Sequence record: OP870143.1
Strand: one strand, 5' to 3'
DNA length: 64,000 nt
DNA from: Escherichia phage vB_Eco_F22
The first letter of the stretch is position 1; every line of letters begins with the position of its first letter. The translations under genes and the position numbers were made by a program. Below the pieces are notes generated by a model. It saw nothing but the letters and a program-made list of their open reading frames with translations, made no database searches and had not been told where the DNA came from. This document shows, one piece after another, positions 8,178 through 16,409 of the stretch.

Positions 8178-9011
8178 ATGCCAACCCTAAAGATTGCGTT
8201 TAATAAAACTACCAACGTTGCTACCGTGCTTGATTCAGGTGGCAGTGTTCCAGGTGGTTCCGTGGAAGTAGGTACTTTTGAACATCCAGATGCCACTTAC
8301 CCTGATAGCTTAGTTATCTATCACGGTGTTCGTGACCTGTTGTATAAACGTTCTGCTAAAAACCCTGCTGAAGAAGGCTTCTGGCCTGACAACATCGTGG
8401 ATATGCAATCGGTCACTATCGACATGCAAGCTACTCCACGACTGACTGTTGCTACCAAACTGCCTCGTGTAGTCTCTGCCATCGAAGGAGTAGATGTTAA
8501 CTGGCATATTGATGTAGCAGGTGGTAAAGCACCATTTACTTATAAGTGGCAATTCAAAGCTGATACTGCTGGTGCAGTATTCACTGATATTGATTCTGGT
8601 GATAACGCATCTGCTATCACTGCAACATTGACCCTTAGTAACGTAACAGCTGCTTCTGCCGGTACTTATAAAGTGATTGTTACTGATGCTAATGGAACCA
8701 CGGTAGAAGATACCTCGTTGCTGGCTGTAGGTTACTACGAAGCAAGTTCACTGGTAGCTACTCCTACTTCACTGGCTCTGTCTGTTGCTGAAGATCTCGC
8801 CGCTGGCAAGACTGTAACCATTGCTGCTATGCCTGTTGGTTCATCTGCTGGTACTTTGTCTATCAAGACTGCTCCAGATTCTGCCCGTGCTACAGCTACC
8901 ATTGCTGGTAACGTACTGACAGTTAAACCTGTGGCTGCTGGTGATGCTACTTCTGTTGTAGTTACCAACGGTACTGTCGATGTAACCATCGCTGTTACTG
9001 TTGCAGAGTAA
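8178..9011 (+). CDS. Ig-like domain protein, possible capsid decoration protein (N4 gp17-like)
   Basis: TYKWQF...TLTLSNVTAASAGTYKVIVTDANGTT resembles Ig-like/Big domain strands; position after the RNAPII genes matches N4 gp17. Confidence 0.45.
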   Translation: MPTLKIAFNKTTNVATVLDSGGSVPGGSVEVGTFEHPDATYPDSLVIYHGVRDLLYKRSAKNPAEEGFWPDNIVDMQSVTIDMQATPRLTVATKLPRVVSAIEGVDVNWHIDVAGGKAPFTYKWQFKADTAGAVFTDIDSGDNASAITATLTLSNVTAASAGTYKVIVTDANGTTVEDTSLLAVGYYEASSLVATPTSLALSVAEDLAAGKTVTIAAMPVGSSAGTLSIKTAPDSARATATIAGNVLTVKPVAAGDATSVVVTNGTVDVTIAVTVAE

Positions 9012-9063
9012 GGGTATCCCTTATTTGGGGTTATAAACCCCGAAAGGAAACCCTCAAGTTTGG

Positions 9064-9091
9064 CCTCCCTATTGAAGGGAGGTCTTTTTTT
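9064..9091 (+). terminator. Intrinsic terminator after the Ig-like protein gene (third of three consecutive hairpins)
   Basis: Hairpin CCTCCC-TATTGAA-GGGAGG followed by TCTTTTTTT. Confidence 0.7.
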
Positions 9092-9148
9092 GACTATTGT
9101 TTGTCTGTTATATGAATATGTATCAATCTACTAACTAAGAAGGTAACT

Positions 9149-9409
9149 ATGCGTAAAATTGCTATTGGATTCGGTTGTAGTGCTGTTACGGGCCTTATCG
9201 CTTATGCTGCCCACGTAATCTTGGGTATGTCACTGATTGACCTGACACCGGTCATGGTAGCTGCTATCGCAGCCCCACTATTTGGTATCGTAGTCTTTGA
9301 CTTTAAAGCATTCAGCCGTGCTGCTGCTGAAGTAAGCAATCTAATCCTGGGCCGACTTGGACATCGTTCCTTTGGTTCTGGTAGTCTATGCCGACCTCAT
9401 GGTCTGTAA
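9149..9409 (+). CDS. Small membrane protein (86 aa)
   Basis: ORF with predicted hydrophobic helices. Confidence 0.4.
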   Translation: MRKIAIGFGCSAVTGLIAYAAHVILGMSLIDLTPVMVAAIAAPLFGIVVFDFKAFSRAAAEVSNLILGRLGHRSFGSGSLCRPHGL

Positions 9410-9428
9410 AGTATAAACTGATAGATAA

Positions 9429-9453
9429 ACCCCAGCATTGACTGGGGTTTTTT
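9429..9453 (+). terminator. Intrinsic terminator
   Basis: Hairpin AACCCCAG...CTGGGGTT followed by TTTTG. Confidence 0.6.
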
Positions 9454-9659
9454 GCATCTGGAGCCAGGAAATGTATAAAGAGATTGCATTCTTCTCGTTC
9501 TTGTTAGGAGGGTTAATTGGTGCAGGAATTGTAGCTATTTCTAATACCTACTTTGGTTCTACTCCAAACTCTGTAACACAAACCCACAAGCATGAATGTG
9601 AATTGAATATCCCTCGTAATCAAAACTGCGTAATGCAGTTCGTACCGGAGAAGAAATGA
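9438..9659 (+). CDS. Small membrane protein (likely true start at 9471 with GGAG RBS)
   Basis: ORF; the track N-terminus overlaps the terminator hairpin at 9429. Confidence 0.35.
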   Translation: MTGVFCIWSQEMYKEIAFFSFLLGGLIGAGIVAISNTYFGSTPNSVTQTHKHECELNIPRNQNCVMQFVPEKK

Positions 9660-9841
9660 AACTTACCCAGTCCCAAGTAATATTCCTTCGCATGGTTCAA
9701 GGTGGTTCTGCCACCAGCAACCGTAATAACAAAACCGCACAGTCTCTTAAGAAGCTGGGCTTAGTACAGTTCAATACTGGTCTTGGGTGGTCATTAACCC
9801 CTACCGGAGTAATTCAACTCAACGAATTAAAAGGTAACTAA
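9656..9841 (+). CDS. Hypothetical protein (61 aa)
   Basis: ORF with ATGA overlap. Confidence 0.4.
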   Translation: MKLTQSQVIFLRMVQGGSATSNRNNKTAQSLKKLGLVQFNTGLGWSLTPTGVIQLNELKGN

Positions 9842-10168
9842 ATGAAAACTTTAATTGCTGTTGCTGTAGTAGCTTTATCAGTTCTGTCATTCGGTGCTCA
9901 AGCATCTAGTCGTGCAACCTTGCTGGAAGCTGCTGCTGATTACAAAGCTAATAATACAAACTTTGTGAACCAGGGTTACTTCATGGGCATGGTTACCATG
10001 GGGGTGGAAGCAGGAAAGAACTGTGTACCTGACGATATGAAGTTAGGGCACATTTTTGACAGAGTGGCTTCTATTATTCTGTATGACCGAAAGGTTAATG
10101 CAATGAAAGTACCTTCAGACATGGTTCTGTTAGCGATTGATACAGCGTATCCCTGCGTTAAATCTTAA
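9842..10168 (+). CDS. Secreted/periplasmic protein with signal peptide (108 aa)
   Basis: N-terminal MKTLIAVAVVALSVLSFGAQAS. Confidence 0.5.
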   Translation: MKTLIAVAVVALSVLSFGAQASSRATLLEAAADYKANNTNFVNQGYFMGMVTMGVEAGKNCVPDDMKLGHIFDRVASIILYDRKVNAMKVPSDMVLLAIDTAYPCVKS

Positions 10169-10202
10169 TTAGTAATTCCATTAACTTTAGGAGAGTAAGT
10201 AA

Positions 10203-11255
10203 ATGGCGAGCATTGACTCCTTGACTGTATGTAATACACGCCAAGCCCGTAACTTTATTATCCGTGCCTTACAAGCAGGTAACGTACCGTTCCTGACTTC
10301 ATCGCCGGGCATGGGTAAATCTGCAATTATCCGTTCTGTTGCAGAAGAATTTGGCATGAAGCTGATTGACCATCGTCTATCTACTTCTGCCCCGGAAGAC
10401 TTATCTGGTCTACCATTCCGTAATGGTGACCGTGCAGAGTTTATCCCTTTCGCTGACTTATTCCCTATTGAGGGTGACGAAGTACCGGAAGGTTATAATG
10501 GCTGGCTCCTGTTCCTTGATGAGTTCAACTCAGCTAAGAAAGAAGTAGTAGCTGCTGCATATAAACTGATTCTAGACCGTATGACTGGACAGAAAAAACT
10601 TCACCCCAACGTGATGATTATCTGTGCCGGTAATAAAGCTACTGACCGTGCTATCGTTAACCCTCTAGGTACTGCAATGCAGTCCCGTGTTGTCCACTTC
10701 GAAATGGAACTTAACTTCGACATCTTTGTTGAAGACGTAATGATTCCACAAGAATGGGATGAGCGTCTGGTTGCATTTTTACATGCTAACCCAGGTTATC
10801 TGCACGACTTCGACCCTGCCCATAAGAACAAAACATTCTGTTGCCCTCGTACCTGGGACTTTGTTAATAAAGACCTCAAGAACCGACCAGAAGGTGCTTT
10901 GCCTGATGAAGATTCTATCTACTATGCAGGTCACGTTACTGCTGGTAAAGCTACAGAATTTGTTCAGTTCACCCAGGTATACAATCGTATGATTACGATT
11001 GAGAAGGTAGTCAAAGACCCATTGGGCTGTGCACTACCGGAGGATAATAACCTGTGTTGGGCTACCGTTAACCACCTGGCTAACAAGACTACTGAAGATA
11101 ACTTCGCTGATGTACTTAAGTACATTGAACGCTTTAAAACGTTCACCCATAAGATTCTGTACTTCCGTACAGTAGGCAAAGCATTACCAGAAATTCAGGC
11201 TACCCCTGAATGGCGTAAGGCTGCTGCTAATATCTCTCGTTACATTCACGGATAA
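10203..11255 (+). CDS. AAA+ ATPase, MoxR-like
   Basis: Walker A SSPGMGKSAI, Walker B LLFLDEFN; 350 aa. Confidence 0.7.
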   Translation: MASIDSLTVCNTRQARNFIIRALQAGNVPFLTSSPGMGKSAIIRSVAEEFGMKLIDHRLSTSAPEDLSGLPFRNGDRAEFIPFADLFPIEGDEVPEGYNGWLLFLDEFNSAKKEVVAAAYKLILDRMTGQKKLHPNVMIICAGNKATDRAIVNPLGTAMQSRVVHFEMELNFDIFVEDVMIPQEWDERLVAFLHANPGYLHDFDPAHKNKTFCCPRTWDFVNKDLKNRPEGALPDEDSIYYAGHVTAGKATEFVQFTQVYNRMITIEKVVKDPLGCALPEDNNLCWATVNHLANKTTEDNFADVLKYIERFKTFTHKILYFRTVGKALPEIQATPEWRKAAANISRYIHG

Positions 11256-11262
11256 TCACAAC

Positions 11263-12438
11263 ATGAACCAGATACCTCAGCACACACTTAGTGATGAACA
11301 ACTCATGCGTGAGTATGACCGTATTCAGGCCAAAGCCTTTCTCGGACGTAGTGCAGCGTTTTTTGGTTCATTGCTGTGTAGTCTTAAGTTCTCATGGAAA
11401 CGTGAAGACTGTCCTACCGCATGTACTGATGGGATAGAACTGCATTTCAACCCAGACTTCTTTATCTGGATGTGTCCTGATGCAAGAGAAACAGTATTAA
11501 TGCACGAGCTATGGCATGTGGCATATCTACATGACATCCGTCGTGGAAGCCGTGACCCAGAAGTCTGGAACCAGGCTTGTGACCACTTCATTAACCTTCA
11601 GTTAGAAGAAGATGGTTACAAGTTCACTGGTATCGACGAAGGTATTTGTAAAGACCCTCAATATAAAGGATGGGTCGAAGAAGACATCTACGATGACCTG
11701 ATGAAGAACCCTCAGAAAAGGCAGAAGCCGTCAGGGGGTGCTGGAGCAGGTCTTGCTGGCGACATGAAATCCCCCACTTCGGGACAGTCCCAGGGTGCTG
11801 TCGTCAATAACGTAGTACGTGCAATGCAAAGCCAGAAGATGGCTGGTGGACAGATGCCTGGTAAAGGTGCTGGTCGTATGGAAGAGGTCATTACCCAATT
11901 CCTTAAACCAGTGGTTCCTTGGCAGGAAGTTCTGATGAACTTCTTTACCGACATTGATGACACACATTATACGTGGGCCAGACCTAATCGTCGTTACACT
12001 GACATCTATCTACCTTCACTGGAAGATGATGAAGGACGTCTACGTCACTTAGCCTACTTTGAGGATGTATCTGGTTCCATCAGTAGTGCTGACTCTCTGC
12101 GTTTTAACTCAGAGGTTGCCTACGTTAAGAGCCAGTTCAATCCTAAGAAGATGTCCCTAATTACCTTCGACGATATTATCCAGGAAGAAATAGACATCAC
12201 TGAAGAAGATACTTTTGAAGAGATTAAGATTACAGGTCGTGGTGGTACAAACCTTGAACCAGTACGCGAATGGATTATTAAGAATAAGCCAACCGCTGCA
12301 ATCATATTCTCCGATATGTATGTTCGTCCAATGGAAGAATTGCCATTTGATATTTCCATCATCTGGTGTGTTCTGAATAATCCCAATGCTACCGTACCTT
12401 TTGGGGAGGTAGTTCATATCCCTAAAGGAATGAAATAA
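11263..12438 (+). CDS. VWA-domain protein with N-terminal HExxH metallopeptidase-like region (DUF2201-like partner of the MoxR ATPase)
   Basis: HELWHVAYLH motif; gene pairing with upstream AAA+ ATPase; 391 aa. Confidence 0.5.
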   Translation: MNQIPQHTLSDEQLMREYDRIQAKAFLGRSAAFFGSLLCSLKFSWKREDCPTACTDGIELHFNPDFFIWMCPDARETVLMHELWHVAYLHDIRRGSRDPEVWNQACDHFINLQLEEDGYKFTGIDEGICKDPQYKGWVEEDIYDDLMKNPQKRQKPSGGAGAGLAGDMKSPTSGQSQGAVVNNVVRAMQSQKMAGGQMPGKGAGRMEEVITQFLKPVVPWQEVLMNFFTDIDDTHYTWARPNRRYTDIYLPSLEDDEGRLRHLAYFEDVSGSISSADSLRFNSEVAYVKSQFNPKKMSLITFDDIIQEEIDITEEDTFEEIKITGRGGTNLEPVREWIIKNKPTAAIIFSDMYVRPMEELPFDISIIWCVLNNPNATVPFGEVVHIPKGMK

Positions 12439-12944
12439 TGGTTGTTAATGGTAATTCTCTATATCGCTCATCTCAGTTGCTGGATGTTCCAGACCATAAG
12501 GTATCTGAACATGGTGTAAGCTATGGATTAGGTGAAGCTGGCTACGATATTCGTATCAAACAGGACATTACCTTCTATCACTTATTTGGGTTGATTCCAA
12601 TGGTGAAGGTCGTTGATGGAAATCAAGTATCACGCCATTTCGGTAAGTTCACATTGGCTTCAGCAATTGAGAAGTTCAACATGTCCCCTTCCTGTGTAGC
12701 TATCGTTCACGATAAGTCTACATGGGCAAGACGTGCATTATCAGTGTTCAATACCGTAATAGAACCAGGATGGAAAGGGTATTTGACTCTTGAACTGGTC
12801 TATCATGGTCGTAAGAAACTACATATCCCGGCTGGTGCTGGGATAGCTCAAGTATTATTTCATCTGGTTCAGGAACCTGCTAATTACAACGGCAAGTATC
12901 AGAACCAGGAAAATCAACCAGTAGCTGCAAGAAGCAGTAAATAA
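12438..12944 (+). CDS. dcd: dCTP deaminase / dUTPase-superfamily enzyme
   Basis: GEAGYDIRI, KSTWARRAL, EPGWKGYLTLEL and GAGIAQVLFH motifs typical of the Dcd family. Confidence 0.65.
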   Translation: MVVNGNSLYRSSQLLDVPDHKVSEHGVSYGLGEAGYDIRIKQDITFYHLFGLIPMVKVVDGNQVSRHFGKFTLASAIEKFNMSPSCVAIVHDKSTWARRALSVFNTVIEPGWKGYLTLELVYHGRKKLHIPAGAGIAQVLFHLVQEPANYNGKYQNQENQPVAARSSK

Positions 12945-12953
12945 GGAAAACTC

Positions 12954-13163
12954 ATGTCAGTATTTCAAGTAACTCATGCAACCTCAGATGTACGTTTAAC
13001 CATTAATGCTGCAAATGTAGTTGCAGTGGAACAGATTCCACTGTCTGATTGCGCTCGTATTACACTTGTAAATGAAGGTACTTTGGATACCAAAGAAAGC
13101 TATCGTTCAGTACGTAATTACCTGAAGAAAGCTCTTGCTCCTGCAAGCAAAGATGCTGAGTAA
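12954..13163 (+). CDS. Hypothetical protein (69 aa)
   Basis: ORF followed by terminator-like hairpin. Confidence 0.45.
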   Translation: MSVFQVTHATSDVRLTINAANVVAVEQIPLSDCARITLVNEGTLDTKESYRSVRNYLKKALAPASKDAE

Positions 13164-13236
13164 GTAGCTGCCTAAATAGCCCAGCATAGTTGGGCTATTT
13201 GTGAAGAAACTAACTCAACCCCACATAGGAACTATC

Positions 13237-13497
13237 ATGGAATCTTTAGCAGCAATCCTTATTCTGTTATTTGCACTAGCTGTATACCTTATCCCTACCA
13301 TTATTGCTTTTGCACGGGGCCATGCCTCTAAGTGGGGAATTGGTGTACTCAACATCGTATTAGGCTGGTCTTTGGTCTTCTGGGTAGTAGCACTGATTTG
13401 GTCACTGTCTAATAAAGGACAGTCTCAGACTACAATCGTTAACGTTGGTAGTGGGAACCAATACAACGTGTCTCAAACGAGCCAGTCTGATAAGTAA
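13237..13497 (+). CDS. Small membrane protein resembling the superinfection-immunity (Imm-like) family; track start 13201 is GTG
   Basis: LIPTIIAFARGHASKWGIGVLNIVLGWSLVFWVVALIWSL resembles the Imm_superinfect signature; ATG 13237 has AGGA RBS. Confidence 0.5.
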   Translation: MESLAAILILLFALAVYLIPTIIAFARGHASKWGIGVLNIVLGWSLVFWVVALIWSLSNKGQSQTTIVNVGSGNQYNVSQTSQSDK

Positions 13498-13571
13498 CTA
13501 ACCTAAGCATCATTGCATAGTGGTGCTTGTGGAAGTTACTTTCAGCTCATTGCTTATCCATCTCCTAATCC

Positions 13572-13599
13572 AAGCCCACCTAACCCGTGGGCTTTTTTA
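13572..13599 (+). terminator. Intrinsic terminator
   Basis: Hairpin AAGCCCAC-CTAACCC-GTGGGCTT followed by TTTTTAA. Confidence 0.65.
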
Positions 13600-13614
13600 A
13601 TTACAGGTACTCTT

Positions 13615-13998
13615 ATGTCAAACAGACAAAATGGTAAGTCTATCTTATATGGACTGGACTTAAGTAAACTGGAACAAACTGCAATGCTTACTTTAGGTAA
13701 AACTATACATGACCAAGTAGAGAATGAAATAGAATCAGATGTTTATGCAGCAATGCAAGCTGCTATTCTGAAAGGATGGACTAGTAGATCATTTAATGTT
13801 TTCCCATACATCCCTCCTGAACCTCATCTGAAATCTAAGGTAGACCGTATCATAGATAAGTTCTGGCTTAGTCCTTGCTATGACGAAATGCATCTTTACC
13901 TGGCTCAAATACAAAAGAATCCACGTACTAAGGATTTGTTCAAAGGCAAGAGCACTACCCATCATTACCCTTGGTATAGAAGAGGTAGTAAATACTAA
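13615..13998 (+). CDS. Hypothetical protein (track ORF 13513..13998, trimmed to the first Met after the terminator hairpin)
   Basis: ORF; hairpin plus T-run at 13572..13599 sits inside the longer track ORF. Confidence 0.4.
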   Translation: MSNRQNGKSILYGLDLSKLEQTAMLTLGKTIHDQVENEIESDVYAAMQAAILKGWTSRSFNVFPYIPPEPHLKSKVDRIIDKFWLSPCYDEMHLYLAQIQKNPRTKDLFKGKSTTHHYPWYRRGSKY

Positions 13999-14441
13999 TG
14001 CGTATCCCATTCCTAAGAAAAAGGGAACGAAATCCTGTTCTTTATAATAAAGGCATAGAGGATGAGTACGAACTTAACCGTAAGGCCCGTTCCTACGCAG
14101 CAAAATTATTAATGGGGGCTACCAACCCTGATAGATTACTGGACTTTGTTTTCGAACAAGTCTTTATCATATACAGCTTAGCTATGTCTGCTGGTTCACA
14201 AGAAGTAAGTGATAAGGCAAGAGATGCTCTCTGTATGCTCCGTAAAGAGTATGAAGCCCTCATGTATGAAGACTTGTACTCCTTTAAAAAAGAAACCGCT
14301 GTAGCGTGTTCTGTGGCTCTTACTGAAGGTATAGCAGTATTACAGGAACTACCACGTAGTGAGTTTAAACTGGTATATGTTCAGGCCAAGAGGATTACAG
14401 AAAGCCGTAGTGGTATTACCAACTATCTAAGGTCATTCTAA
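13998..14441 (+). CDS. Hypothetical protein (147 aa)
   Basis: ORF with ATGA-type overlaps on both sides. Confidence 0.5.
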   Translation: MRIPFLRKRERNPVLYNKGIEDEYELNRKARSYAAKLLMGATNPDRLLDFVFEQVFIIYSLAMSAGSQEVSDKARDALCMLRKEYEALMYEDLYSFKKETAVACSVALTEGIAVLQELPRSEFKLVYVQAKRITESRSGITNYLRSF

Positions 14442-15385
14442 TGATTAAGGCAACTGTCATTGCAGATTCCGTTCATCATGCAACGGGTACTCGTATTACT
14501 ACCTTTGAATTGGTCTATCCCCGATTCATTCACAGTGAGTTTATGACCCACCGTGTATTCAACCGAAATGCTTCAAGTAGTCGTGCTATCCCTACTTCTA
14601 AGTTCATCGAACAAGTTCGTAATGAACCAGTGATGCCAAGTCACTGGGGCAAGAACCAGAAGGGTATGCAGGCATTTGAGGAACTGTCCGAAGACCAACG
14701 TAGTGATGCAATCTTTATCTGGAACCAGGCTGCGTCAAGTGCTGCTACCTATGCGGAAATGCTTCGTCGTGGACAAGTTCATAAGCAGATTGTTAACCGT
14801 ATTCTGGAACCATTCACACATATCCGTGTAGTGGTAACTTCAACTAGCTGGGCTAATTTCTATGGCTTACGTGACCATGAAGATGCCCAACCAGAGATTC
14901 GTGAATTAGCTCAAGCAATGCGTAAGGCTCATAATGAAAGCACTCCAAGAGCACTCCCACAAGGGGAATGGCATTTACCGTATATTGCTCATATTGATCG
15001 TGTCGGGGCTTATAATTACTGCAAACATCAGCGAATTACTCGTGATGAACCAAGTAGTGAAGAAGTGTATGGCTTACTTCTTAAGGTAAGTGCTGCTCGT
15101 TGTGCTCGTGCTTCTTACAACAATTTTGAAGGCCGTCCTTCTACTATTGAAGAAGACTTAGGATTGTTTGCTAAGTTAGTAGAGAACCAACCTATTCATG
15201 CATCCCCTACAGAACACCAGGCAACTCCTATGCTGTTCGGTGATAAGTTCATTAACAACCAGAACCCATTAACCTGGGAACAGGGTGTTACTTCAATGGA
15301 TCGTGAAGGTAATCTGTATTCAGGTAACCTGTTAGATTTCATCCAATTCCGTAAACTAATCCCCGGAGAAACAATTACAGAATGA
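14441..15385 (+). CDS. thyX: Flavin-dependent thymidylate synthase ThyX-like
   Basis: THRVFNRNASSS fits the ThyX RHRx7S signature with one substitution; 314 aa; adjacent to dCTP deaminase. Confidence 0.5.
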   Translation: MIKATVIADSVHHATGTRITTFELVYPRFIHSEFMTHRVFNRNASSSRAIPTSKFIEQVRNEPVMPSHWGKNQKGMQAFEELSEDQRSDAIFIWNQAASSAATYAEMLRRGQVHKQIVNRILEPFTHIRVVVTSTSWANFYGLRDHEDAQPEIRELAQAMRKAHNESTPRALPQGEWHLPYIAHIDRVGAYNYCKHQRITRDEPSSEEVYGLLLKVSAARCARASYNNFEGRPSTIEEDLGLFAKLVENQPIHASPTEHQATPMLFGDKFINNQNPLTWEQGVTSMDREGNLYSGNLLDFIQFRKLIPGETITE

Positions 15386-15618
15386 AACGTTTAGCTATCC
15401 AAGCCCTGTTTATAAGTATCATCCTGGTTCTGGAATTTGTATTTGCACTGCATGGTGCACAGAGCCTAGAAGAGATGTTCTTCGTAGTAGCCCGTTTTTC
15501 TGCATGTGTTCTTAGCTTATGGTGTGTGTATTACTATGCACGCGATTATGTAGCCATCAAGGAACAGGATGATGCTAAGGAACGTCTATTACAATTCGTA
15601 GAACAGAATCGTAAGTAA
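15382..15618 (+). CDS. Small membrane protein (78 aa)
   Basis: ORF with hydrophobic helices; terminator at 15624. Confidence 0.45.
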   Translation: MKRLAIQALFISIILVLEFVFALHGAQSLEEMFFVVARFSACVLSLWCVYYYARDYVAIKEQDDAKERLLQFVEQNRK

Positions 15619-15623
15619 ACCTA

Positions 15624-15650
15624 AGACCTCCTCCGGGAGGTCTTTTTTTG
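15624..15650 (+). terminator. Intrinsic terminator
   Basis: Hairpin AGACCTCC-TCCG-GGAGGTCT followed by TTTTTTTG. Confidence 0.75.
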
Positions 15651-15678
15651 GTTTCAATTAACTCTTTTAGGGGGGCAT

Positions 15679-15891
15679 ATGCCTGCTAAATACCGTATCA
15701 AAGACACTCCACTAATGTGTGAGGGTGAGAAGGGTGACATTGTATATGCCTGTATCCAGGATGATTTCAATGCTGCTCTGATGTTAACCCAAATGACAAA
15801 TACACTGCATGTATCAGTAACACTGGACCCTACCGGTGACTATCCATGCTTCCCTATCCCTGCCCATAACCTGGAGCAAATCCATGATTAA
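15679..15891 (+). CDS. Hypothetical protein (70 aa)
   Basis: ORF with GGGGG RBS-like stretch upstream. Confidence 0.45.
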   Translation: MPAKYRIKDTPLMCEGEKGDIVYACIQDDFNAALMLTQMTNTLHVSVTLDPTGDYPCFPIPAHNLEQIHD

Positions 15892-16198
15892 TCCTGAAGT
15901 TATTCATAGTAAAACTGGTAAGGCTATTCCACTTAGTGATATTGCAGTTACCGGTGATATTGCTGCTTGTCCGGCTAACATCGCTTCCCTGTGTATGTGC
16001 ATTGCTGCACTAGCAGAGGAACGTAAATTATGGCTGGAACCAAGCAAAGAAATGGTACTAGCTGGCATGTCTGAACTGAATGCACTTCTGAAAGAAATGT
16101 ATGACGAGGATGGTCAATTAGTTGAGCCAACTGATGACCAGATTTCTGATGCTGTAGTATTTATCCTTCAAGCAATGGCAGGTAAACGTAATGGCTAA
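15884..16198 (+). CDS. Hypothetical protein (track ORF 15836..16198, trimmed to the ATGA-overlap start)
   Basis: ORF; internal Met overlaps the upstream stop. Confidence 0.45.
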   Translation: MINPEVIHSKTGKAIPLSDIAVTGDIAACPANIASLCMCIAALAEERKLWLEPSKEMVLAGMSELNALLKEMYDEDGQLVEPTDDQISDAVVFILQAMAGKRNG

Positions 16199-16382
16199 TG
16201 TAAATATCGCCTCAGAGAAAACATATAGCATTCAAATTAATGGCTTAACAGAATATCAGGTCTTATTCCTAATGAATGCTTTTCAAAACAGTCCAGTGGG
16301 TCACCATCCTAATGATGAACCACGGGAAGAAGCTGAGCTTCGTAAAGCTATTTTTGATAAGTGTAAACAAGTACTACTTTAA
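16191..16382 (+). CDS. Hypothetical protein (63 aa)
   Basis: ORF with ATG overlapping the upstream stop. Confidence 0.4.
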   Translation: MANVNIASEKTYSIQINGLTEYQVLFLMNAFQNSPVGHHPNDEPREEAELRKAIFDKCKQVLL

Positions 16383-16409
16383 GCAACATTTAAACTGGAG
16401 AGTAAATAA

